Assembly: GCA_000092065.1 (NCBI GenBank)
Contig: CP000585.1
Strand: one strand, 5' to 3'
Length of the DNA: 64,000 nt
From: Ostreococcus lucimarinus
Lineage: Eukaryota
Below are positions 10,901 to 20,827 of the stretch, one piece after another. The notes beneath the pieces were generated by a model. That model saw only the letters and a list, made by a program, of their open reading frames with translations. It had not been told where the DNA came from and did not search any database. Every line of letters begins with the position of its first letter. Position 1 is the first letter of the stretch. The translations under genes were made by a program, and so were the position numbers.

Positions 10901-11036
10901 CCGAGTCGTCTTCTTTATCCGCGTCCGCGCGCGCGCGCGTCGCCGCGCCGCGCGTTCGACGCCCGACGCGCGTCGTCGCGCGACCTCCGTCGACGCGCGC
11001 GCGCGGCGCGACGACGCGTCCCGATGCCGTCGCCAT
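7953..11036 (-). CDS. MutS2-like protein (MutS domain V ABC ATPase) with an Arg-rich N-terminal presequence; no clear Smr motif, C-terminal KOW-like repeats
   Basis: Walker A ITGPNTGGKTAAMKAVGL, LVLMDEVGTGTSPAEGAAIGYALL and TTHHGQLK motifs. The listed ORF start 11105 is a GTG; the first in-frame ATG (MATASGRVV) is at 11036. Confidence 0.8.
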   Translation of the reverse strand: MATASGRVVAPRARVDGGRATTRVGRRTRGAATRARADADKEDDSDSAGAVVTSARKASFGPSRKDADAVRRDLLEKSLASAGWDDARMFLAKRASTALGKAACETLEASTTSREARKALDETEAAMAMESKHGVSLEFGGMLTAEVRRGFYKTRQGSPLGGDELAATAAFLESAKRLKTSIEGVTESGRRPRALVPLRAISGEMITHSELAEKIRGAVEETGEFRDNASPELRRARAQKGAAEGKLKKAMQGKGTPTTHQGRMVLAIPAPAPPDVLVVGTMAGGALVLIEPPGIVTLNRELAQAVDAEKSAIDAIKRELSNDIALVVEELFACLEIVIKLDVIAAKCRYSQALNGVRPEFSVFADDDDGFYEAYEDEDEDEDEDIEEQDDEGFDEAREQTKKPPIEKSSLLLELVGLRQPVLASQAIEAAAERRQAAAEAVESQNSRGSSSTGYKVATRGSIKSSTTKDAIFDDFFDDFDEVEEDGAPKLKGPIPVDIFASKRTKVVVITGPNTGGKTAAMKAVGLAALMAKSGIFIPAERAVIPFFDKVLVDIGDDQSLLTSLSTFSGRLTRAQAILEQSTPESLVLMDEVGTGTSPAEGAAIGYALLKALAGIIPGQLGACLTFATTHHGQLKALKYEHEEFENAAVEFDEADLRPTYKLLWGVPGRSSALQIATRYKLDADVVHEARELLGEGLVSLDDTISKLETARRDADADIATAIGMLDEIDATLPRVENAMGFIRSAREAAAYAQASTVMTMMRDAKARVAEVARVEKQKNAIAPSKISAAASGETDRERAARLAREAEEQLKAEQDALLANWIPSSGEDVKIASTGMSGKVVSVDGSTVTVQAGIMQVKVGLEDVSQAFVATTAPPKMKIKKVRGASQAARRADDLLASSARVSKPTPTGNTKSSFGDFELSEDDMQATVGDVVVVKKSGFRGKVIDDEDGLLTVQAGAQRILAPAHTVEISGSASTGKKTVSKKKKGKKQSFLPSATPSDSKPATPATDSSASSLAALQAKFGKKN

Positions 11037-11116
11037 CGCGGCGTCGCGCTGTGTCGGCTTCACATCGCCATCTCTGCGTGCGCTCGATGACGCCACCGTC
11101 CTCACTGACGCGCGCG

Positions 11117-11542
11117 ATGCCGGACGAGCGCCCCGCGAGCGCGGGCACGCACGCGATGACGAGCGCGCAGGCGTCGTCGCGGATCGTCGTGCGACCCGGG
11201 TACTCGCAGATGGATTGGTTGCGACGCACCAAGCGCGAGCGCGTGGACGGCGGTGACGCGGACGCGAAACCGCTGGACGCGTCGCGCGTGATCTCGCTCG
11301 AGGAGCTCGCGACGCACGCGACGGTGAATGATTGTTGGATCGGGTTGCGCGGGAAGGTGTATAACTTGACGGCGTACGTGGAGTATCACCCGGGCGGCGC
11401 GGCGGTGCTGGAGGAGGCGTTCGGGAAGGACGCCACGGCGCTGTTCGACAAGTATCACAAGTACGTGAATGGGGAGTACATCATGCGAGCGACGCGCGTG
11501 GGGGTGATGCCGGGATACGTGGGCGATAGCGACAGCGATTAG
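11117..11542 (+). CDS. Cytochrome b5-like heme-binding domain protein (start uncertain; candidate ATGs at 11117, 11156 and 11210)
   Basis: Core LEELATHATVNDCWIGLRGKVYNLTAYVEYHPGGAAVLEEAFGKDATALFDKYH with the HPGG motif. The ORF frame begins at 11024 and overlaps the MutS2 start codon, so a downstream ATG is more likely. Confidence 0.65.
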   Translation: MPDERPASAGTHAMTSAQASSRIVVRPGYSQMDWLRRTKRERVDGGDADAKPLDASRVISLEELATHATVNDCWIGLRGKVYNLTAYVEYHPGGAAVLEEAFGKDATALFDKYHKYVNGEYIMRATRVGVMPGYVGDSDSD

Positions 11543-11644
11543 CGGACGAATTGATGAAGTGTACAGTAGACTAATTTATTTAATTCTCAGACTCGGGCGA
11601 CGGCGCGTCGCGCGCGCGCGCCGCGTCGGCGCGCCGTGGTTTCA

Positions 11645-12097
11645 TCATCGCCCGCGCTGATCTTTGGGTAAGTACACGTCGTCGTGGAGTGCTTTGTCGT
11701 ACGCGTCGATGCGCGGAAGTCGCGCGAGGTCCTCGCGGTCACCAGCTAAATAGTAATACGCCTCCTCTGTCGCGCGCGGTTCCTCGCGGCGCTCCACCTC
11801 TATTGTTTCTCGCGTATACATGCCGGTCGACACCTCCTCGAGTTCGTCCAAAAGTGTCAACGTGTCATCGTCGACGGAATACAGTTCGCCGTCGATCACG
11901 CGCGCGTCATCCGTCGTCGATTTGACGAGGTATGGATACCCAGCGTCGGCCAGGAGCATCACGTGCTGCGCGCGTTTCGTGCGCACTTCACCCATGAAGC
12001 GCGCGTTGCCGCGCTCGAGAAGGCGATGGTTGTACAAGCCTCGCTTGAGCGTGCCGTAGACGAACACGTTGTGCGCGCCCGAGGTCGACGGCGACAT
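11645..12097 (-). CDS. Gamma-glutamylcyclotransferase / AIG2-like family protein
   Basis: VFVYGTLKRGLYNHRLL ... GYPYLV ... GELYSVDDDTLTLLDELEE pattern of GGCT/AIG2-like proteins. The listed start 12130 is TTG; first ATG (MSPSTSG) is at 12097. Confidence 0.75.
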   Translation of the reverse strand: MSPSTSGAHNVFVYGTLKRGLYNHRLLERGNARFMGEVRTKRAQHVMLLADAGYPYLVKSTTDDARVIDGELYSVDDDTLTLLDELEEVSTGMYTRETIEVERREEPRATEEAYYYLAGDREDLARLPRIDAYDKALHDDVYLPKDQRGR

Positions 12098-12177
12098 GCG
12101 AGGCGAGAGATGAAGACGCGTCGCGTCCAACTACTTTTACAAGTCGTCTTTGCTTACTTTTCAATTACAATTTCTCT

Positions 12178-13141
12178 TCACTTTCTCTTTAAGAGCTTGA
12201 TTGCGTTCATATACGCCGGTGTTGTCGGCGGTTGCACCGGTTTTAGTCTGACTTTGGTGTCATCCAACGCATAGCTCTGATCGGCGTCGTATCCCGACAA
12301 ATCGCCGCACGCCAAAAACGGCACGAGCACATTGTTCGGCCAGGACTTGGTTCCCACGGCCGCGCCCTCGTCTCCAGCGGCGTGAGACGTCGCACGCGCT
12401 TCTAAAATACGAGTCAATTGATGTGGTTCGAATCCCTCTGGAGGGGAGTAACCCTGACACACTATGAATGCTTCTGCGAGCGGTGCAAAACGAGACATGG
12501 TTAGTTTCTCCAAAACGTGCGCGCGGCTCCATCATCGTCGTACCTATGCTAGAATTCCGGCTACTTTTCGGCTTGGCGCACGTGACTTCGGGGAAGAAAA
12601 TTTTCAGTTGTGAGTAGAGCAAACTGATGTCTTTCCCCCGAAATATCTTCGCTATGAACGTTCCGCCTGGTTTCAATATGTGCGTCGCCACCGTCAAGCC
12701 GGCGAGTATGAGCTGCGCCTGCATAAACTCATCCAAATCGTGCAAACCCGTGACGTCGGGCGCTCCATCGCCGACGATCAAATCCGCGTGTTTCCCATCG
12801 AAATGCGACAGGACCTCGCGCACTTTGTCCATCGACGTGATATCGCCCTGTATCGTCGTCACGCCCTCGATCGGCGCCATCGGTTGCAAGTCGATGGCGA
12901 CAATCTTCGGCAGCTCTTCCTCCTCGACCCCTCGCGCCAACGCGGGTAGGTACAACTTTCGACTCAAAACCTGCGACCACGACCCGGGCGCCGCGCACAG
13001 ATCCACGACGTGTCGCACGTCTCGAAAAATATCGAACGACTCGTCAATTTGCAGCAACTTGAACGCCGACCTCGCGCGCCATCCCTCCTCTTTCGCCTTG
13101 CGGTAGTATATATCGCGCTTATCCTTGCTCGACTTCCCCAT
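12178..13141 (-). CDS. FTSJ1: tRNA 2'-O-ribose methyltransferase TRM7/FTSJ1 (FtsJ/RrmJ family), two exons: complement(join(12178..12473,12544..13141))
   Basis: N-terminus [34 protein letters not shown], then [12 protein letters not shown] and [17 protein letters not shown] motifs. The reading frame switches between ORF 12260..13417 (ending ...[10 protein letters not shown]) and ORF 12178..12513 ([15 protein letters not shown]). Removing a 70-nt GTACGA...CTAAC...CGCAG intron restores the conserved ...SSRNSSIEAFIVCQ... sequence. Confidence 0.85.
12474..12543 (-). other. Spliceosomal intron (70 nt, GT-AG, phase 1) in TRM7/FTSJ1
   Basis: Minus-strand sequence gtacgacgatgatggagccgcgcgcacgttttggagaaactaaccatgtctcgttttgcaccgctcgcag. 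Boundaries were checked by ORF-frame arithmetic. CTAAC branch-like motif ~30 nt upstream of the AG. Confidence 0.85.
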
Positions 13142-13173
13142 CGCGCGCGCCGCGCCGCGCGCGATCGATCGGT

Positions 13174-13205
<32 letters not shown>

Positions 13206-13431
13206 TGGCGTAAAAGCGTCGCCGCCGCCGCCGACGGCGCGACGCGACTCGGCAGAGGACGACGCGCGCGATCGACGCACGGACCGCGCGCGCGCGAGCG
13301 AGGGAACCGCGCGATCGGTAATCGTCCGCGCGGTGCGCGACGGTCGAAGCGCACGCGACGCGCGCGAGGAGGCGCGGGGACGACCGCGTCGATTGCGACT
13401 CGACCGAGTGGTGCCATCGAACGCGCGCGCG

Positions 13432-16392
13432 ATGCGGAAGAAAGTGGACGCGCGCATACGCACGCTCGTGGAGAATGGGGTGAAGAACAACGAACGCACG
13501 ATGTTCGTGCTCGTGGGCGATCGAGGACGAGATCAAATCGTCAACTTGCATTACATGCTGAGTAAAGCGGTGGTGAAGTCGAGGCCGAACGTGCTGTGGT
13601 GCTATAAGAAGGATTTGTACCTGTCTTCGCATAAAAAGAAACGAGCGAAACAGATCAAGAAGATGCAAAACTCTGGCTTGATGGATTCGGAGAACGAGGA
13701 TCCGTTCTCACTGTTCGTGGCGTCGACGAATATTCGGTACTGTTATTACGCGGATACGCAGAAAATTTTGGGGAACACGTACGGGATGGCAGTGTTGCAA
13801 GATTTCGAGGCGCTGACACCGAACTTACTGGCACGAACGATCGAGACCGTGGAGGGTGGAGGGTTGATTGTGCTGCTGTTGTCGAACATGGAAAGCTTGA
13901 CGCAGCTGTATAACATGACGATGGACGTGCACTCGCGTTTTCGCACAGAGGGCCACCAAGACGTGGTCGCTAGATTTAATGAGCGATTCACGTTGAGTTT
14001 AGGGGCGTGTCAGACGTGCATCATGATGGATGATGAGTTGAATATTTTGCCAACGAGTTCGCATATTAGAGGCATAGAACCAGTTGAAGAAAAGCATGCG
14101 GGAGAGGCCCAAGAGCTTACCGATCTGAAGGAGAGCATGGAGGAAGTTGAGCCGGCTGGCCCGCTTGTGAAGTGCTGTAAGACTATGGATCAAGCCAAAG
14201 CAGTGGTGACGTTTCTCGACGCTGCGAGTGAGAAGACCCTCCGATCAACAGTTGCGCTCACCGCCGCGCGCGGTCGCGGTAAATCTGCTGCCATGGGTAT
14301 AGCTGTCGCAGGAGCCGTCGAAATGGGTTATGCAAACATTTTTGTCACTTCTCCCAGTCCTGAAAACTTGAAGACATTCTTTGAATTCATTCTCAAAGGC
14401 TTCGATGCGCTTGGATACAAAGAGCACTTGGATTACGATCTCGTAGAGTCCACCAACCCCGCGTTTGGAAAGTGTATTGTGCGTGTCAACGTCACGAGAC
14501 GTCATCGACAAACGATTCAGTACATTTTGCCTCAACACGCAGAGCGTGCGACGCAAGCCGAGTTACTCGTCATCGATGAAGCAGCCGCCATTCCGCTGCC
14601 TACGGTAAAAGCGTTGCTCGGGCCGTATCTCGTGTTCCTTTGTTCTACAATCAACGGTTACGAAGGCACAGGGAGGGCGTTGAGCATCAAACTCATCGGT
14701 AATTTGCGAAGGGAAGCGGCAACGTCACAACAGGCGAACAAGGATGGGAAGCTGGCGACAGGTGGATCTCGATTGCTCAGAGAAGTAGCTCTTGCTGAAC
14801 CTGTTCGTTACGCTGCTGGAGATAGGATCGAAAAATGGTTGAATGATTTGTTGTGTCTCGATGCGGCGGATGCATTAACGCCGCTCATCCACGCGCTGCC
14901 TCCGCCCAGTGCATGCGAACTTTATGAGGTGTCGCGTGATACCTTATTCAGTGCGCACGCCGCAAGCGAGCAGTTCTTAAAGAAAATGATGGCACTATAT
15001 GTTTCTAGTCACTACCGCAACACGCCGAACGATTTGCAGCTCATGTCTGATGCGCCGGCTCACCGCCTCTTTGTTCTCTTGGCGCCGGTGGATGAAACAC
15101 GAAACATGTTGCCAGAGATTCTTTGCGTCATTCAGGTAGCTTTAGAGGGTGCGATCTCGCAGAAGAGTGCGCACGCAACACTGGCTGCGGGGTTATCTCC
15201 ACAAGGTGACCTCATTCCGTGGACCATGGCATCGCAATTTCAGGATGAAGGCTTTCCTTCCTTCACGGGGGTGCGCATTGTTCGCATCGCCGTGCATCCG
15301 GACTTGCCTCGTCAAGGTTACGGTTCTCGTGCGTTGCAGCTCATCCACGATTATTACGAAGGAAAATTGGCTGATTTACGCGAAGAAGAAGTGTCGAACA
15401 TCGACGCCAAGACGAATACTGAGCACTGGCAGCACACAGGCAAGCTCACAGAGGAGACACTCAAGCCTCGCGAGAATTTGCCGCCGCTTTTGACAAACCT
15501 CTCAGAGCGCAAGCCAGAGAGGGTGAACTGGATCGGCACCGCATTCGGACTCACGTCCGAACTTTACAGCTACTGGAGCAAGGGTGGCTATAAGCCTGTG
15601 TACCTGAGACAAACGTCAAGCGAGACTACGGGCGAACACTCGTGCATCATGTTACGCCCTTGCTTTCCAGTTGGCGAGGAGGAAAGCCCGGATGGTCACT
15701 GGGTGGATGCGTTCTACGAAGATTTCCGCGTGAGATTCACTTCTTTGATGGGATCTGCTTTTAGAGACCTTGCTCCAGGTCTATGTTTGTCTTTGATGGC
15801 GCCAAAGCTAAACTGGGACGAAAAACAAGGCGCGGGGCGCGACTCCGTCTTGAAGGCGGACAATGAGATTTTGAGCCCGCACGATTTACGACGCATCCAG
15901 AAATACTCAGCCGCTTTGGTGGACCATCATTTGATTGGTGATTTGGTCCCCCCACTCGCGCGCGCATACTTTGCAAAACGCATTCCCGTGACGCTTTCGT
16001 ACACGCAAGCTGTGATTTTGCTCATCCTTGGTCTGCAACTGAAGACCATCGACGACGGAATGAAAACTTTGGACTTGCCCGGACAACAAATAATGGCATT
16101 ATTCAACAAAGCTATTCGTCGGATACACGGCTCACTTCTCAAGGCACGCGAAGCCGATATCGAGAACTCGCTGCGTTCTGTGAGTATGCCAGATTTGAGA
16201 CCCCATGCGGTTGGATTAGATGAAGAATTAGATGAAGGGTACGTCGACTTCAACTTTTTTTCGCGTTCGCCCGACTCGTGTCTCGCTCCAAAGATGATGG
16301 AAGTGATCGAAAACAATATAGTTCCAGAATTTCACGCTCTTTGGCGCCACCGTTTAGGCGGGGTTATAAGTCATAGAGTTCTATGTTGGTAA
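13432..16392 (+). CDS. NAT10: RNA cytidine acetyltransferase NAT10/Kre33 (ac4C in 18S rRNA and tRNA)
   Basis: [47 protein letters not shown]-terminus. Helicase and GNAT regions follow ([49 protein letters not shown]). Intron-less 987 codons from the ATG at 13432. Confidence 0.9.
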   Translation: MRKKVDARIRTLVENGVKNNERTMFVLVGDRGRDQIVNLHYMLSKAVVKSRPNVLWCYKKDLYLSSHKKKRAKQIKKMQNSGLMDSENEDPFSLFVASTNIRYCYYADTQKILGNTYGMAVLQDFEALTPNLLARTIETVEGGGLIVLLLSNMESLTQLYNMTMDVHSRFRTEGHQDVVARFNERFTLSLGACQTCIMMDDELNILPTSSHIRGIEPVEEKHAGEAQELTDLKESMEEVEPAGPLVKCCKTMDQAKAVVTFLDAASEKTLRSTVALTAARGRGKSAAMGIAVAGAVEMGYANIFVTSPSPENLKTFFEFILKGFDALGYKEHLDYDLVESTNPAFGKCIVRVNVTRRHRQTIQYILPQHAERATQAELLVIDEAAAIPLPTVKALLGPYLVFLCSTINGYEGTGRALSIKLIGNLRREAATSQQANKDGKLATGGSRLLREVALAEPVRYAAGDRIEKWLNDLLCLDAADALTPLIHALPPPSACELYEVSRDTLFSAHAASEQFLKKMMALYVSSHYRNTPNDLQLMSDAPAHRLFVLLAPVDETRNMLPEILCVIQVALEGAISQKSAHATLAAGLSPQGDLIPWTMASQFQDEGFPSFTGVRIVRIAVHPDLPRQGYGSRALQLIHDYYEGKLADLREEEVSNIDAKTNTEHWQHTGKLTEETLKPRENLPPLLTNLSERKPERVNWIGTAFGLTSELYSYWSKGGYKPVYLRQTSSETTGEHSCIMLRPCFPVGEEESPDGHWVDAFYEDFRVRFTSLMGSAFRDLAPGLCLSLMAPKLNWDEKQGAGRDSVLKADNEILSPHDLRRIQKYSAALVDHHLIGDLVPPLARAYFAKRIPVTLSYTQAVILLILGLQLKTIDDGMKTLDLPGQQIMALFNKAIRRIHGSLLKAREADIENSLRSVSMPDLRPHAVGLDEELDEGYVDFNFFSRSPDSCLAPKMMEVIENNIVPEFHALWRHRLGGVISHRVLCW

Positions 16393-16523
16393 CTAAGCTC
16401 AACAGGCCTGATCCATCACTTTGGAGCGCACTTCAAGACTGGAGACGACCGAGCAAGGCGATGACCGCACGACTGACCTAACATTACTTTTTTGATGACA
16501 GTGCCGCCGCGGTGAACGCCGAA

Positions 16524-17023
16524 ATGGCCGCCAAGCGTAAAGAACTCTTAGAGGTGCGTCCTTTTCGCGACCCACTCGTGCGCGATACCACCTCGTTCGG
16601 CGATGACGAATCGAATATCAACCAGGTAGCAGAACATCTCCATGTTGAGAAAAATATCGCTGCGTTCTTACCGAGCCGAGCGAGGTGGTTTCTGCGCGAA
16701 TCGGTTTCTCGCGACGCGGTCGTAATTCAAACACTGACCCCGAACTGTTTTTATCACTTTAATAGGATGCTGCACTCGAGCGATTCGCCATCGCTGGTAC
16801 GGACGAAGAGTGGGCCGGTGCTCTGAAAGGCGCGGCCAATCGCTCCAACAAACTGCTTAGCGTGAAGAGAAAAGCCGGTTCCAAGGACAAACACGCGTTC
16901 ACGCCGTCGAAGCCAAACACCGACAAGTCTTCCGAAGTCAAGGATAACAAGAGCGAAAAGAAGCACAAGAAGGATAAAAAGTTCAAAAAAGCGTCATCTT
17001 CCAAACGCTTGAAAGGAACGTGA
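16524..17023 (+). CDS. Small Lys-rich protein of unknown function, two exons: join(16524..16625, ~16766..17023), ~119 aa
   Basis: Exon 1 MAAKRKELLEVRPFRDPLVRDTTSFGDDESNINQ ends at a GTAGCA donor (16626). A 140-nt intron contains CTGAC ~30 nt before a TTTAATAG acceptor. Exon 2 is an ATG-less open frame DAALERFAIAGTDEEWAGAL...KKHKKDKKFKKASSSKRLKGT* ending at a stop at 17021-17023. Acceptor position read by eye (+/- 2 nt). Confidence 0.55.
16626..16765 (+). other. Spliceosomal intron (~140 nt, GT-AG, phase 0)
   Basis: gtagcagaac...cactgacc...ttttatcactttaatag. AT-richer than flanking exons. Confidence 0.55.
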
Positions 17024-17089
17024 GACAGGACGAGATTTTAATACGTAGAAACCCGTTCAGAAACACGCCACTTCGCGCCGTGAGTCATC

Positions 17090-17713
17090 ATGTTACGCAT
17101 GGCGACGCTCGCCTTATCCGTCGTCGCCAGTACCGCGAATCGCGCGAGTGCTTTTCGATCGTCACCGACGCCGCTCGTCGTCCGCGCGCGCCGATGCGTC
17201 GCATCGCCGCGACTAAACGTCGGATACAGTTGCGACGGACCGAAGGCGTTGCACGGAGACGACGACGCGGGAGCCGTACAGTGGGAGGTGCACGAAGTGA
17301 AAGGGGACGGTCGATGCTTGTTTCGTTCAGTTTCTGTCGCACGGGCGCTGTCAAAGAGCGGTCGACGTCAGAGTGAAGTCGACGAGCTTGCGAGCGCCGA
17401 CGAATTGCGCGCAGCGGCGGTAAATGAGCTCCTCGAACGACGCGAGGAGACAGAGTGGTTCATCGAAGGCGATTTCGATGATTACGTCGCGCGCATGCAG
17501 CAGCCGATGGCGTGGGGAGGTGAACCAGAGATTATTATGCTCACGCATGTGCTCGCGAGCCCGATAAGCGTGTATATGGCCGAAGGCGTGGGCATGCGTT
17601 CCATAGGGGTGTACGGCGAAGACTATGCGGATAGCGCTCAGTACGACGATTTGGCGGTGTTGTTCCATGGCGCTGGACATTACGAGGCGCTTCGCGTGTT
17701 CGGGAGGGCGTGA
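17090..17713 (+). CDS. OTU-domain cysteine protease (deubiquitinase-like) with an N-terminal presequence
   Basis: HEVKGDGRCLFRSVS catalytic Cys motif and C-terminal HGAGHYEAL His motif. N-terminus MLRMATLALSVVASTANRASAFRS looks like a targeting peptide. Confidence 0.8.
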   Translation: MLRMATLALSVVASTANRASAFRSSPTPLVVRARRCVASPRLNVGYSCDGPKALHGDDDAGAVQWEVHEVKGDGRCLFRSVSVARALSKSGRRQSEVDELASADELRAAAVNELLERREETEWFIEGDFDDYVARMQQPMAWGGEPEIIMLTHVLASPISVYMAEGVGMRSIGVYGEDYADSAQYDDLAVLFHGAGHYEALRVFGRA

Positions 17714-17781
17714 TGCGATGGATTGTCGAAACGCATCTTTTCGCGCCAAAGGTGAATGTTGAATGTTTGTAATACTGTTAT

Positions 17782-19005
17782 CTAAACCGTGACTTTGTCG
17801 CACGGCACGCAGAATGACTTTTGAATGTCGGTCAACTTTGAACGATCTCGCGCGCAACAAGATTTCGAGCACGCGCCGACGCTTTCTTCTCCCATCATGA
17901 ACACGGGATTGCGCTCGCACTCGTGACCTTGCGCCCAGACGGGGCACAATTCTGTTTCATCCGTGCAAGTCGGCGTTTTAGCCGTGCCAGTTTCGAACGG
18001 ATTTTCGTGAATCCACTTCGTCGCTGTGTATTTCGTGCCCCCAAGCGTCGGACACGACGCGTGATTGGCGAATGGATCATTCGTACCGTTGATGTGAAAC
18101 GAAAAGAACAACACGGCTTCGCCTTTCTTCGGTATCACGCTGAAACCGTTTCCATCGTTCCAACCACACTCGCTCAGCTTATCTTTGTTTGCTAAAAATG
18201 CTGCTTTTGTCTCCGGGAGCGGCGTTCCTTGTGGAAAAGACGTCTCACCACCGGATGTTGGCTCTCGTAGAAACATCAACACCGTCGCGATGCGCTTGCC
18301 TCCGTTCTCACTAATAATCCCATCGTGATGCGCCACGTATTCTTGTCCATCCCGATATCTCAGTAACTGTAACTGTTCTTGATGCTCCCACGGAATTCCA
18401 CTGTATTTAGCCACGCGATCTTCCACCCTTTGCAGCGTCTCTGTCAACCGCCGCGTCACAAACGTCCCAAACGACGTGCGCGCCGTCGACACCGCCCCCG
18501 ACTCATCGGAGTTCACCACCGTCGATCGCTCTAATTTTTTCTCCCCGAGCTCGATCAAATGCTCACACTCTTCGTCGCTGAGAAAGTTTTTAAGCAAAAA
18601 CACCCTCGGCGACCAGCTCAGCGTCTCCACTACTTTCGACCTTTCGACGTCGTCTTCGTCGCCGCCGCCGCCGCTCGTGCTCGTCCGCGGCGCTTCTTCC
18701 CCGGACGTCGTCGTCGTCGTCGCGAACGTCGTCATCGACGACGACGACGACGCATCGTCGTCATCGACGCTCGCGCGTCCCGCACCGGCGCCGTCCGCGA
18801 CGTCCGGCGCGGGCGGTCGCGCGACTTCGCCGAGCCATCCGATGAGACGCTGGTCATCGTCGACGACGACGTCCCCGTCATCCGCGCGACCGCGCGACGC
18901 GAGCGCGGCGATGACGCACGCGACGAGCGCCGCGCCACCGATCCGTCGCGCGCGTCGTCCGCTCGCGCGCGTCGTTCGCATCGTCGCGCTCTGCGGTGTC
19001 GACAT
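17782..19005 (-). CDS. Prolyl 4-hydroxylase alpha-subunit-like 2OG-Fe(II) oxygenase with a C-terminal ShK-like (ShKT) cysteine module; type II signal anchor
   Basis: P4H core (YVAHHDG...GGETSFP...NHASCPTLGGTKYTATKWIH). ShKT module CTDETELCPVWAQGHECERNP...CSKSCCARD. N-terminal hydrophobic GAALVACVIAALA. Listed start 19008 is TTG; ATG at 19005. Confidence 0.8.
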   Translation of the reverse strand: MSTPQSATMRTTRASGRRARRIGGAALVACVIAALASRGRADDGDVVVDDDQRLIGWLGEVARPPAPDVADGAGAGRASVDDDDASSSSSMTTFATTTTTSGEEAPRTSTSGGGGDEDDVERSKVVETLSWSPRVFLLKNFLSDEECEHLIELGEKKLERSTVVNSDESGAVSTARTSFGTFVTRRLTETLQRVEDRVAKYSGIPWEHQEQLQLLRYRDGQEYVAHHDGIISENGGKRIATVLMFLREPTSGGETSFPQGTPLPETKAAFLANKDKLSECGWNDGNGFSVIPKKGEAVLFFSFHINGTNDPFANHASCPTLGGTKYTATKWIHENPFETGTAKTPTCTDETELCPVWAQGHECERNPVFMMGEESVGACSKSCCARDRSKLTDIQKSFCVPCDKVTV

Positions 19006-19085
19006 CAATCAATCAATCAAATCAATCAGTCATTCATTCATCATCGCGTCGTCGAGCCGCTCGGGACACCGACGCGCGCGGATCG

Positions 19086-20717
19086 ATGGGGTGCGCGTCG
19101 TCCAAGGCGGTCGACGGCGCGCCGTTGGGTTCGGAACCGTCGACGGCGACGCGCGCGGACGGCGATGTGGCGCGGCGAGAGACGCCGGAGGCGTCGTCAC
19201 CGAACGCGCGCGCGGTTGCGAACGCGAACGCGAACGCGAACGCGAAACCGACGCGGTTCGAGGACGCGTACGAACTCCTGGACGAGATGTCGAGCGGAGG
19301 GTTTAGTTTGGTGCATCGCGCGCGATCGCGCGTCGACGGACAGGTGCGAGCGGTGAAGGTGATTCGCATCAGGGACGAGGAGAGCGTGGACGAGCGCGAG
19401 GACGAGACGGGGAGCGAACGGAGCGACGAGAGCGGGGAGAGTAGTGGGACGCGATTCGGGAGCGATGAAGAAGATGATGACGAGGATGTGAGTTCTGTGA
19501 GCTCCAAGAATGTCGTGAGACAACCGAAGCGGAGCATGCGGTTACGAGAGGCGCGCGCGGAGTACGAGCTCGCGCTAGAGGCGGAACATTCGAGCGTGGT
19601 AAAGGTGTACGATTTTTATTACGATGCGCCGAGCGCGTACGTGGTGATGGAGTTGTTAGAGGGTGAAGAATTATTGGATGATTTGCTCGCGCGAGGTGAA
19701 TACGAAGAAGAAGACGCTAGGGTTCTCATGCGACAAATTTTACAAGCGTTGCGAGCGTGTCACGCAAAACACATCGTGCACAGAGACGTAAAGCTGGAGA
19801 ACATGTCTTTCGCACGCAAGGGCGATCTGAATTCATTGCGACTGGTAGATTTCGGGCTTGCACAGAGATTAGGAGACGGGAGTAACAAGTGCCAGTGCAA
19901 TTGTGGCTCGTCTTCATACGTCGCGCCGGAAATTTTGGGCAGTAAAAATTATAACGCCGCCGTGGACATGTGGTCGGCGGGCGTCATAATGTACCTCCTT
20001 TTGTGCGGCGAGTTACCGTTTTACGTCGAAGATGAAAACGATGAGCAGCAACTTTTTGCGCAAATTAGTCTTCGACGCATCGCGCCGATGTCGTGTGACG
20101 TATCGGACGAGGCGTTGGATCTCATCGATCGCTTGCTTATCATCGATCCCGCAAAGCGGTTGACGGCGGAAGAAGCCTTGTTGCATCCATGGTTCAAAGG
20201 GAACGATACCGTGCATCAGGACGATCTAGGACGATTTCGACTGGCTCGATATATCAGGAAGCAACCGAAAGGAACATTCAAAGAGCGGACGTACGCCAAA
20301 GGTGAAGTTTTGTGTCATCGAGGCGATAGAGCACACGAACTTTTCGTCATACAATCAGGAGTGTGTGAAGAATACATCGAGAGTGCGGAGGGAATCAAGC
20401 AGCGAGTGAAGCGGCATTACGTTCATGACTATGTTGGAGATCGTGGATTATACATCCCAGCTGGTGTAGTGGTGCACAACGATGAAAACGAAGACGAAGA
20501 GGATGTCTCCGCGCCTTGCGCACAATTTGTACAATTGGCGCGGCGCGTATCAACGCTCATTCGAATCAAAAATATTTGGCTTCGTGGACGAAGGCAAGTG
20601 AGCCTGAGGGCACTCACTGAGACAATCGTCACCATCGTCACGAGCGCGCAGCTCCGCCAAATAGTCGCCGAAGATTACGGCGTATACGACGAAGTCATGT
20701 CGCAACGGGCAGATTGA
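19086..20717 (+). CDS. CaMK-family Ser/Thr protein kinase with an N-terminal MGC acylation motif and a C-terminal cNMP-binding-like segment
   Basis: MGCASSK start (N-myristoylation/palmitoylation consensus) at 19086. Kinase motifs HIVHRDVKLENMSF, VDFGLA, SSYVAPEIL, DMWSAGVIMY. After the kinase: FKERTYAKGEVLCHRGDRAHELFVIQSGVCEEY. Confidence 0.85.
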   Translation: MGCASSKAVDGAPLGSEPSTATRADGDVARRETPEASSPNARAVANANANANAKPTRFEDAYELLDEMSSGGFSLVHRARSRVDGQVRAVKVIRIRDEESVDEREDETGSERSDESGESSGTRFGSDEEDDDEDVSSVSSKNVVRQPKRSMRLREARAEYELALEAEHSSVVKVYDFYYDAPSAYVVMELLEGEELLDDLLARGEYEEEDARVLMRQILQALRACHAKHIVHRDVKLENMSFARKGDLNSLRLVDFGLAQRLGDGSNKCQCNCGSSSYVAPEILGSKNYNAAVDMWSAGVIMYLLLCGELPFYVEDENDEQQLFAQISLRRIAPMSCDVSDEALDLIDRLLIIDPAKRLTAEEALLHPWFKGNDTVHQDDLGRFRLARYIRKQPKGTFKERTYAKGEVLCHRGDRAHELFVIQSGVCEEYIESAEGIKQRVKRHYVHDYVGDRGLYIPAGVVVHNDENEDEEDVSAPCAQFVQLARRVSTLIRIKNIWLRGRRQVSLRALTETIVTIVTSAQLRQIVAEDYGVYDEVMSQRAD

Positions 20718-20827
20718 GCTTACAATATCTATACATTAGCTACCTAGACTTCCTAGACTTTTCTAGAATATAGGCTACAGTTACTAGCGTTACCGTACAT
20801 CCTGTACATCTTTTTTTTGCTGTATGC

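Noticed and set aside
12421-12460. GGTTCGAATCC, a tRNA T-loop-like motif, suggesting a tRNA gene
   Set aside because: Flanking bases do not form a T-stem or any cloverleaf. The motif sits inside TRM7 exon 2, where it encodes PPEGFEP.
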